Positions 11,701 through 23,700 of a stretch of 64,000 nucleotides of DNA are shown in pieces (positions within the stretch are counted from its first letter, which is position 1; each line of letters starts with the position of its first letter). A program made the position numbers and the translations under genes. The DNA lies in assembly GCF_009914755.1 (NCBI RefSeq), contig NC_060930.1; one strand, given 5' to 3'. A model generated the notes under the pieces. That model worked only from the letters and a program-made list of their open reading frames with translations, ran no database searches and had not been told where the DNA came from. The stretch is from the human T2T-CHM13v2.0 reference genome, Homo sapiens.

Positions 11701-14700
11701 TTTTTGCAGTATTTCCAAGCGGATATTTAGAGCGCCTTGAAGCCTATGCTAGAAATGGAAATATCTCCCCATAAAACCAAGACAGAAGCAATCTCAGAAA
11801 CTAATGTGTGATGGCTGCATTCCACACACACGGTGGACCATTTCTCTTGATAGAGCAGTTTTGAAACACTCTTTCTGTAGAATCTGCAAGTGGATAATTG
11901 GACCTCCTAGAGGCCTTCGTTGGAAACGGGATTTCTTCATCTAAACCTACAGAGAAGAATTCTCAGTAACTTCTTCGGATGTGTGCATTCGACTCACAGA
12001 ATGGAACATTCCCTTTGATAGAGCAGTTTTGAGACACCGTTTTTGTAGAATTCCCAAGTGGATATTTAGAGCACTTTGAAGTCTCTGCTAGAAAAGGAAA
12101 CATCTTCATGTAAAAAGTAGATAGAATCGTTCTCAGAAAGTGCTTAGTGACGTGTGCGTTCAACTCACAGAGTTTAACGTTTCTTTTGATAGAGCGTTTC
12201 TGAAACACCCTTCTTGTAGTAGCTGCAAGTGGATATTTGGACCTATTGGAGGCCTTCTTTGGAAACGGGATTTCTTCATGTAACTCTAGATTGAAGAGTT
12301 CTCAGAAACTCCTTTGTGATGTGTGCATTCAATTCAAAGAGTGAAACCTCCCTTTTCACAGAGCAGTTTTGAAACACTGTTTTTGTAGGATTTCCAAGGG
12401 GATATTTATAGCGCATTGAGCCTACGGCGGAAAAAGAAACATCTTCCTATAAAAACTAGACAGAATACTTCTCAGAATCTGCTTTGTGATGTGTGCGTTC
12501 AACTCACAGAGTAAAACCTTTCTTTTGATAGAGCAGTTTTGAAACACTCTTTTTGTAGTATTTGCATGTGTATATTTAGAGCGCATTGAAGCCCACAGTA
12601 GAAAAGGAAATAACTTCACCTAAAACCTAGACAGAAGCAATCTCAGAAACTACTTTGTGATGTGTACATTCAACTCACAGAGTGGAACTTTCCTCTTTAT
12701 AGAGCAGTGTTGAAACACTCTTTTTGTAGAAACTGCAAGTGGATATTTGGACCTCTTTGAGGCCTTCGTTGGAAACGGGATTTCTTCCTATAACCCTAGA
12801 CAGAAGAATTTTCAGAAACCTCATTGTGATGTGTGCGTTCATCTCACAGAGTGGAGTCTTCCGTTTGATAGAGAAGTTTTGAAACCCTGTTCTTGTAGGA
12901 TTTCCAAGTGGATATTTAGACCACTTTGAAGCCTATGATAGAAAAGGAAACATCTTCATGGAAAACATAGATAGAATCATTCTCAGAAACAACTTTGTGA
13001 TGTGTGCGTTGAACTCACCGTCTTTAACCTTTCTTTTGGTAGAGAAGTTTTGAAACACTCTCTTTGTAAAGTCTACAAGTGGATATTTTGAGCCCTTGGA
13101 GGCATTCTTTGGAAAAGGGAATGTCTTCACATAAAAGGCAGACAGAAGTGTTCTCAGAAACTGCTTTGTGATGTCTGTGTTCAACTCACATTTAACATTT
13201 CCTTTGATAGAGCGGTTTAGTAACCCTCTCTTTGTAGAATTTGGAAGTGTATACTAAGAGCGCTTTGAGGCCTATGGTAGAAAAGGAAATATCTTTCCAT
13301 AAAAGCTAGACAGAAGCAATCTCAGAAACTCCTCTGTGATGTCTGCATTCAACTCACCGAGTGGAACATTCCTCTTGATAGAGCAGTTTGGAAACACTCT
13401 TTCTGTAGAATCAGCTTGTTTGTATTTGGACCTCCTTGAGGCCTTCGTTGGAAACGGGTTTTCATCTTATAAACCCAGACAGAAGAATTCTCAGAGTCTT
13501 CTTTGTGATGTGTGCTTTCAACTCACCGAGATAAAGATTTCTCTTGATAGAGCAATTTGGAAACACTCTTTTTGTAGAATTTGCAAGGGTACATTGAGAG
13601 CACTTTCAGGCCTATGGTAGAAAAGGGAATATCTTTCCATAAAAGGTAGACAGAAGCAATCTCAGAAACTACTTTGTGATGTGTGCATTCAACTCACCGA
13701 GTGCAACGTTCCTCTTGACCGAGCAGTTTGGAAACATTGTTTCTGTAGAATCTGCAAGTGGATATTTGGACCTCTTTGAGGCCTTCGTTGGAAACGGGAT
13801 TTCTTCCTATAAACCCAGACATAAGAATTCTCATAGACTTCTTTGTGATGTGTGAATTCAACTCACAGTGTGGATCCTTCCTTTTTATAGAGCAGTTTTG
13901 AAACCCTGTTTTTGTAGTATTTCCAAGCGGATATTTGGAACGCCTTGAAGCGTATGGTAGAAAAGGAAATATCTTCCCATAAAACCTAGACAGAACCAAT
14001 CTCAGAAACGACTTTGTGATGTCTGCATTCAAGTCACAGAGTTGAACATTTCTCTTGATAGAGCAGTTTTGAAACCCTCTTTCTGAAGGATCTGCAAGTG
14101 GATATTTGGAACTCCTTTGGGTCTTCGTTGGAAACGGGATTTCTTCGTATAAATCTAGACAGAAGAATTCTCCGAAACTTCTTTGGTTGTGTGCATTCAA
14201 GTCACAGAGTGGAACCTTCCTTTGGATAGAGCAGTTTGAAACGCCGTGGTTGTAGTATTTCCAAGCGGATATTAGAGCGCCTTGAGGCCTATGGTAGAAA
14301 AGGAAATATCTTCCCATAAAACCTAGACGGAAGCAATCTCAGAAACTACTGTGTGATGGCTGCATTCCACACACACGGTGGAACATTTCTCTTGATAGAG
14401 CAGTTTTGAAACACTCTTTCTGTAGAATCTGCAAGTGGATAATTGGACCGCCTTGAGGCCTTCGTTGGAAACGGGATTTCTTCATGTTACTCTAGATAGA
14501 AGAATTCTCAAACACTGCTATGTGATGTTTGCATTCAAGTCACAGAGTGCAACATTCCTCTTGGTAGAGCAGTTGGGAAACACTCCTTTTGTAGAATCTG
14601 CAATGGGATATTTGGACTTCTTTGAGGCCTTCGTTGGAAACGGGATTTCTTCGTATGAATCTAGACAGAAGAATTCTCAGAAACTTCCTTGTGATGTGTG

Positions 14701-17700
14701 CATTCAACTCAGCGAGTGGCACCTTCCTTTGGATACAGCAGTTTTGAAACACTGTTTTTGTAGTATTTCCAAGCGGATATTTAGAGCGCCTTGAAGCCTA
14801 TGCTAGAAATGGAAATATCTCCCCATAAAACCAAGACAGAAGCAATCTCAGAAACTAATGTGTGATGGCTGCATTCCACACACACGGTGGACCATTTCTC
14901 TTGATAGAGCAGTTTTGAAACACTCTTTCTGTAGAATCTGCAAGTGGATAATTGGACCTCCTAGAGGCCTTCGTTGGAAACGGGATTTCTTCATCTAAAC
15001 CTACAGAGAAGAATTCTCAGTAACTTCTTCGGATGTGTGCATTCGACGCACAGAATGGAACATTCCCTTTGATAGAGCAGTTTTGAGACACCGTTTTTGT
15101 AGAATTCCCAAGTGGATATTTAGAGCACTTTGAAGTCTCTGCTAGAAAAGGAAACATCTTCATGTAAAAAGTAGATAGAATCGTTCTCAGAAAGTGCTTA
15201 GTGACGTGTGCGTTCAACTCACAGAGTTTAACGTTTCTTTTGATAGAGCGTTTCTGAAACACCCTTCTTGTAGTAGCTGCAAGTGGATATTTGGACCTAT
15301 TGGAGGCCTTCTTTGGAAACGGGATTTCTTCATGTAACTCTAGATTGAAGAGTTCTCAGAAACTCCTTTGTGATGTGTGCATTCAATTCAAAGAGTGAAA
15401 CCTCCCTTTTCACAGAGCAGTTTTGAAACACTGTTTTTGTAGGATTTCCAAGGGGATATTTATAGCGCATTGAGCCTACGGCGGAAAAAGAAACATCTTC
15501 CTATAAAAACTAGACAGAATACTTCTCAGAATCTGCTTTGCGATGTGTGCGTTCAACTCACAGAGTAAAACTTTTCTTTTGATAGAGCAGTTTTGAAACA
15601 CTCTTTTTGTAGTATTTGCATGTGTATATTTAGAGCGCATTGAAGCCCACAGTAGAAAAGGAAATAACTTCACCTAAAACCTAGACAGAAGCAATCTCAG
15701 AAACTACTTTGTGATGTGTACATTCAACTCACAGAGTGGAACTTTCCTCTTTATAGAGCAGTGTTGAAACACTCTTTTTGTAGAAACTGCAAGTGGATAT
15801 TTGGACCTCTTTGAGGCCTTCGTTGGAAACGGGATTTCTTCCTATAACCCTAGACAGAAGAATTTTCAGAAACCTCATTGTGATGTGTGCGTTCATCTCA
15901 CAGAGTGGAGTCTTCCGTTTGATAGAGAAGTTTTGAAACCCTGTTCTTGTAGGATTTCCAAGTGGATATTTAGACCACTTTGAAGCCTATGATAGAAAAG
16001 GAAACATCTTCATGGAAAACATAGATAGAATCATTCTCAGAAACAACTTTGTGATGTGTGCGTTGAACTCACCGTCTTTAACCTTTCTTTTGGTAGAGAA
16101 GTTTTGAAACACTCTCTTTGTAAAGTCTACAAGTGGATATTTTGAGCCCTTGGAGGCATTCTTTGGAAAAGGGAATGTCTTCACATAAAAGGCAGACGGA
16201 AGTGTTCTCAGAAACTGCTTTGTGATGTCTGTGTTCAACTCACAGAGTTTAACATTTCCTTTGATAGAGCGGTTTAGTAACCCTCTCTTTGTAGAATTTG
16301 GAAGTGTATACTAAGAGCGCTTTCAGGTCTATGGTAGAAAAGGAAATATCTTTCCATAAAAGCTAGACAGAAGCAATCTCAGAAACTCCTTTGTGATGTC
16401 TGCATTCAACTCACCGAGTGGAACATTCCTCTTGATAGAGCAGTTTGGAAACACTCTTTCTGTAGAATCAGCTTGTTTGTATTTGGACCTCCTTGAGGCC
16501 TTCGTTGGAAACGGGTTTTCATCTTATAAACCCAGACAGAAGAATTCTCAGAGTCTTCTTTGTGATGTGTGCTTTCAACTCACCGAGATAAAGATTTCTC
16601 TTGATAGAGCAATTTGGAAACACTCTTTTTGTAGAATTTGCAAGGGTACATTGAGAGCGCTTTCAGGCCTATGGTAGAAAAGGGAATATCTTTCCATAAA
16701 AGGTAGACAGAAGCAATCTCAGAAACTACTTTGTGATGTGTGCATTCAACTCACCGAGTGCAACGTTCCTCTTGACCGAGCAGTTTGGAAACATTGTTTC
16801 TGTAGAATCTGCAAGTGGATATTTGGACCTCTTTGAGGCCTTCGTTGGAAACGGGATTTCTTCCTATAAACCCAGACAGAAGAATTCTCAGAGACTTCTT
16901 TGTGATGTGTGAATTCAACTCACAGTGTGGATCCTTCCTTTTGATAGAGCAGTTTTGAAACCCTGTTTTTGTAGTATTTCCAAGCGGATATTTGGAACGC
17001 CTTGAAGCGTATGGTAGAAAAGGAAATATCTTCCCATAAAACCTAGACAGAACCAATCTCAGAAACGACTTTGTGATGTCTGCATTCAAGTCACAGAGTT
17101 GAACATTTCTCTTGATAGAGCAGTTTTGAAACCCTCTTTCTGAAGGATCTGCAAGTGGATATTTGGAACTCCTTTGGGTCTTCGTTGGAAACGGGATTTC
17201 TTCGTATAAATCTAGACAGAAGAATTCTCCGAAACTTCTTTGGTTGTGTGCATTCAAGTCACAGAGTGGAACCTTCCTTTGGATAGAGCAGTTTGGAACG
17301 CCGTGGTTGTAGTATTTCCAAGCGGATATTAGAGCGCCTTGAGGCCTATGGTAGAAAAGGAAATATCTTCCCATAAAACCTAGACGGAAGCAATCTCAGA
17401 AACTACTGTGTGATGGCTGCATTCCACACACACGGTGGAACATTTCTCTTGATAGAGCAGTTTTGAAACACTCTTTCTGTAGAATCTGCAAGTGGATAAT
17501 TGGACCGCCTTGAGGCCTTCGTTGGAAACGGGATTTCTTCATGTTACTCTAGATAGAAGAATTCTCAAACACTGCTATGTGATGTTTGCATTCAAGTCAC
17601 AGAGTGCAACATTCCTCTTGGTAGAGCAGTTGGGAAACACTCCTTTTGTAGAATCTGCAATGGGATATTTGGACTTCTTTGAGGCCTTCGATGGAAACGG

Positions 17701-20700
17701 GATTTCTTCATATGAATCTAGACAGAAGAATTCTCAGAAACTTCCTTGTGATGTGTGCATTCAACTCAGCGAGTGGCACCTTCCTTTGGATACAGCAGTT
17801 TTGAAACACTGTTTTTGTAGTATTTCCAAGCGGATATTTAGAGCGCCTTGAAGCCTATGCTAGAAATGGAAATAGCTCCCCATAAAACCAAGACAGAAGC
17901 AATCTCAGAAACTAATGTGTGATGGCTGCATTCCACACACACGGTGGACCATTTCTCTTGATAGAGCAGTTTTGAAACACTCTTTCTGTAGAATCTGCAA
18001 GTGGATAATTGGACCTCCTAGAGGCCTTCGTTGGAAACGGGATTTCTTCATCTAAACCTACAGAGAAGAATTCTCAGTAACTTCTTCGGATGTGTGCATT
18101 CGACTCACAGAATGGAACATTCCCTTTGATAGAGCAGTTTTGAGACACCGTTTTTGTAGAATTCCCAAGTGGATATTTAGAGCACTTTGAAGTCTCTGCT
18201 AGAAAAGGAAACATCTTCATGTAAAAAGTAGATAGAATCGTTCTCAGAAAGTGCTTAGTGACGTGTGCGTTCAACTCACGGAGTTTAACGTTTCTTTTGA
18301 TAGAGCGTTTCTGAAACACCCTTCTTGTAGTAGCTGCAAGTGGATATTTGGACCTATTGGAGGCCTTCTTTGGAAATGGGATTTCTTCATGTAACTCTAG
18401 ATTGAAGAGTTCTCAGAAACTCCTTTGTGATGTGTGCATTCAATTCAAAGAGTGAAACCTCCCTTTTCACAGAGCAGTTTTGAAACACTGTTTTTGTAGG
18501 ATTTCCAAGGGGATATTTATAGCGCATTGAGCCTACGGCGGAAAAAGAAACATCTTCCTATAAAAACTAGACAGAATACTTCTCAGAATCTGCTTTGCGA
18601 TGTGTGCGTTCAACTCACAGAGTAAAACTTTTCTTTTGATAGAGCAGTTTTGAAACACTCTTTTTGTAGTATTTGCATGTGTATATTTAGAGCGCATTGA
18701 AGCCCACAGTAGAAAAGGAAATAACTTCACCTAAAACCTAGACAGAAGCAATCTCAGAAACTACTTTGTGATGTGTACATTCAACTCACAGAGTGGAACT
18801 TTCCTCTTTATAGAGCAGTGTTGAAACACTCTTTTTGTAGAAACTGCAAGTGGATATTTGGACCTCTTTGAGGCCTTCGTTGGAAACGGGATTTCTTCCT
18901 ATAACCCTAGACAGAAGAATTTTCAGAAACCTCATTGTGATGTGTGCGTTCATCTCACAGAGTGGAGTCTTCCGTTTGATAGAGAAGTTTTGAAACCCTG
19001 TTCTTGTAGGATTTCCAAGTGGATATTTAGACCACTTTGAAGCCTATGATAGAAAAGGAAACATCTTCATGGAAAACATAGATAGAATCATCCTCAGAAA
19101 CAACTTTGTGATGTGTGCGTTGAACTCACCGTCTTTAACCTTTCTTTTGGTAGAGAAGTTTTGAAACACTCTCTTTGTAAAGTCTACAAGTGGATATTTT
19201 GAGCCCTTGGAGGCATTCTTTGGAAAAGGGAATGTCTTCACATAAAAGGCAGACGGAAGTGTTCTCAGAAACTGCTTTGTGATGTCTGTGTTCAACTCAC
19301 AGAGTTTAACATTTCCTTTGATAGAGCGGTTTAGTAACCCTCTCTTTGTAGAATTTGGAAGTGTATACTAAGAGCGCTTTGAGGCCTATGGTAGAAAAGG
19401 AAATATCTTTCCATAAAAGCTAGACAGAAGCAATCTCAGAAACTCCTCTGTGATGTCTGCATTCAACTCACCGAGTGGAACATTCCTCTTGATAGAGCAG
19501 TTTGGAAACACTCTTTCTGTAGAATCAGCTTGTTTGTATTTGGACCTCCTTGAGGCCTTCGTTGGAAACGGGTTTTCATCTTATAAACCCAGACAGAAGA
19601 ATTCTCAGAGTCTTCTTTGTGATGTGTGCTTTCAACTCACCGAGATAAAGATTTCTCTTGATAGAGCAATTTGGAAACACTCTTTTTGTAGAATTTGCAA
19701 GGGTACATTGAGAGCGCTTTGAGGCCTATGGTAGAAAAGGGAATATCTTTCCATAAAAGGTAGACAGAAGCAATCTCAGAAACTACTTTGTGATGTGTGC
19801 ATTCAACTCACCGAGTGCAACGTTCCTCTTGACCGAGCAGTTTGGAAACATTGTTTCTGTAGAATCTGCAAGTGGATATTTGGACCTCTTTGAGGCCTTC
19901 GTTGGAAACGGGATTTCTTCCTATAAACCCAGACAGAAGAATTCTCAGAGACTTCTTTGTGATGTGTGAATTCAACTCACAGTTTGGTCCTTCCTTTTGA
20001 TAGAGCAGTTTTGAAACCCTGTTTTTGTAGTATTTCCAAGCGGATATTTGGAACGCCTTGAAGCGTATGGTAGAAAAGGAAATATCTTCCCATAAAACCT
20101 AGACAGAACCAATCTCAGAAACGACTTTGTGATGTCTGCATTCAAGTCACAGAGTTGAACATTTCTCTTGATAGAGCAGTTTTGAAACCCTCTTTCTGAA
20201 GGATCTGCAAGTGGATATTTGGAACTCCTTTGGGTCTTCGTTGGAAACGGGATTTCTTCGTATAAATCTAGACAGAAGAATTCTCCGAAACTTCTTTGGT
20301 TGTGTGCATTCAAGTCACAGAGTGGAACCTTCCTTTGGATAGAGCAGTTTGAAACGCCGTGGTTGTAGTATTTCCAAGCGGATATTAGAGCGCCTTGAGG
20401 CCTATGGTAGAAAAGGAAATATCTTCCCATAAAACCTAGACGGAAGCAATCTCAGAAACTACTGTGTGATGGCTGCATTCCACACACACGGTGGAACATT
20501 TCTCTTGATAGAGCAGTTTTGAAACACTCTTTCTGTAGAATCTGCAAGTGGATAATTGGACCGCCTTGAGGCCTTCGTTGGAAACGGGATTTCTTCATGT
20601 TACTCTAGATAGAAGAATTCTCAAACACTGCTATGTGATGTTTGCATTCAAGTCACAGAGTGCAACATTCCTCTTGGTAGAGCAGTTGGGAAACACTCCT

Positions 20701-23700
20701 TTTGTAGAATCTGCAATGGGATATTTGGACTTCTTTGAGGCCTTCGTTGGAAACGGGATTTCTTCGTATGAATCTAGACAGAAGAATTCTCAGAAACTTC
20801 CTTGTGATGTGTGCATTCAACTCAGCGAGTGGCACCTTCCTTTGGATACAGCAGTTTTGAAACACTGTTTTTGTAGTATTTCCAAGCGGATATTTAGAGC
20901 GCCTTGAAGCCTATGCTAGAAATGGAAATATCTCCCCATAAAACCAAGACAGAAGCAATCTCAGAAACTAATGTGTGATGGCTGCATTCCACACACACGG
21001 TGGACCATTTCTCTTGATAGAGCAGTTTTGAAACACTCTTTCTGTAGAATCTGCAAGTGGATAATTGGACCTCCTAGAGGCCTTCGTTGGAAACGGGATT
21101 TCTTCATCTAAACCTACAGAGAAGAATTCTCAGTAACTTCTTCGGATGTGTGCATTCGACGCACAGAATGGAACATTCCCTTTGATAGAGCAGTTTTGAG
21201 ACACCGTTTTTGTAGAATTCCCAAGTGGATATTTAGAGCACTTTGAAGTCTCTGCTAGAAAAGGAAACATCTTCATGTAAAAAGTAGATAGAATCGTTCT
21301 CAGAAAGTGCTTAGTGACGTGTGCGTTCAACTCACAGAGTTTAACGTTTCTTTTGATAGAGCGTTTCTGAAACACCCTTCTTGTAGTAGCTGCAAGTGGA
21401 TATTTGGACCTATTGGAGGCCTTCTTTGGAAACGGGATTTCTTCATGTAACTCTAGATTGAAGAGTTCTCAGAAACTCCTTTGTGATGTGTGCATTCAAT
21501 TCAAAGAGTGAAACCTCCCTTTTCACAGAGCAGTTTTGAAACACTGTTTTTGTAGGATTTCCAAGGGGATATTTATAGCGCATTGAGCCTACGGCGGAAA
21601 AAGAAACATCTTCCTATAAAAACTAGACAGAATACTTCTCAGAATCTGCTTTGCGATGTGTGCGTTCAACTCACAGAGTAAAACTTTTCTTTTGATAGAG
21701 CAGTTTTGAAACACTCTTTTTGTAGTATTTGCATGTGTATATTTAGAGCGCATTGAAGCCCACAGTAGAAAAGGAAATAACTTCACCTAAAACCTAGACA
21801 GAAGCAATCTCAGAAACTACTTTGTGATGTGTACATTCAACTCACAGAGTGGAACTTTCCTCTTTATAGAGCAGTGTTGAAACACTCTTTTTGTAGAAAC
21901 TGCAAGTGGATATTTGGACCTCTTTGAGGCCTTCGTTGGAAACGGGATTTCTTCCTATAACCCTAGACAGAAGAATTTTCAGAAACCTCATTGTGATGTG
22001 TGCGTTCATCTCACAGAGTGGAGTCTTCCGTTTGATAGAGAAGTTTTGAAACCCTGTTCTTGTAGGATTTCCAAGTGGATATTTAGACCACTTTGAAGCC
22101 TATGATAGAAAAGGAAACATCTTCATGGAAAACATAGATAGAATCATTCTCAGAAACAACTTTGTGATGTGTGCGTTGAACTCACCGTCTTTAACCTTTC
22201 TTTTGGTAGAGAAGTTTTGAAACACTCTCTTTGTAAAGTCTACAAGTGGATATTTTGAGCCCTTGGAGGCATTCTTTGGAAAAGGGAATGTCTTCACATA
22301 AAAGGCAGACGGAAGTGTTCTCAGAAACTGCTTTGTGATGTCTGTGTTCAACTCACAGAGTTTAACATTTCCTTTGATAGAGCGGTTTAGTAACCCTCTC
22401 TTTGTAGAATTTGGAAGTGTATACTAAGAGCGCTTTGAGGCCTATGGTAGAAAAGGAAATATCTTTCCATAAAAGCTAGACAGAAGCAATCTCAGAAACT
22501 CCTTTGTGATGTCTGCATTCAACTCACCGAGTGGAACATTCCTCTTGATAGAGCAGTTTGGAAACACTCTTTCTGTAGAATCAGCTTGTTTGTATTTGGA
22601 CCTCCTTGAGGCCTTCGTTGGAAACGGGTTTTCATCTTATAAACCCAGACAGAAGAATTCTCAGAGTCTTCTTTGTGATGTGTGCTTTCAACTCACCGAG
22701 ATAAAGATTTCTCTTGATAGAGCAATTTGGAAACACTCTTTTTGTAGAATTTGCAAGGGTACATTGAGAGCGCTTTCAGGCCTATGGTAGAAAAGGGAAT
22801 ATCTTTCCATAAAAGGTAGACAGAAGCAATCTCAGAAACTACTTTGTGATGTGTGCATTCAACTCACCGAGTGCAACGTTCCTCTTGACCGAGCAGTTTG
22901 GAAACATTGTTTCTGTAGAATCTGCAAGTGGATATTTGGACCTCTTTGAGGCCTTCGTTGGAAACGGGATTTCTTCCTATAAACCCAGACAGAAGAATTC
23001 TCAGAGACTTCTTTGTGATGTGTGAATTCAACTCACAGTGTGGATCCTTCCTTTTGATAGAGCAGTTTTGAAACCCTGTTTTTGTAGTATTTCCAAGCGG
23101 ATATTTGGAACGCCTTGAAGCGTATGGTAGAAAAGGAAATATCTTCCCATAAAACCTAGACAGAACCAATCTCAGAAACGACTTTGTGATGTCTGCATTC
23201 AAGTCACAGAGTTGAACATTTCTCTTGATAGAGCAGTTTTGAAACCCTCTTTCTGAAGGATCTGCAAGTGGATATTTGGAACTCCTTTGGGTCTTCGTTG
23301 GAAACGGGATTTCTTCGTATAAATCTAGACAGAAGAATTCTCCGAAACTTCTTTGGTTGTGTGCATTCAAGTCACAGAGTGGAACCTTCCTTTGGATAGA
23401 GCAGTTTGAAACGCCGTGGTTGTAGTATTTCCAAGCGGATATTAGAGCGCCTTGAGGCCTATGGTAGAAAAGGAAATATCTTCCCATAAAACCTAGACGG
23501 AAGCAATCTCAGAAACTACTGTGTGATGGCTGCATTCCACACACACGGTGGAACATTTCTCTTGATAGAGCAGTTTTGAAACACTCTTTCTGTAGAATCT
23601 GCAAGTGGATAATTGGACCGCCTTGAGGCCTTCGTTGGAAACGGGATTTCTTCATGTTACTCTAGATAGAAGAATTCTCAAACACTGCTATGTGATGTTT

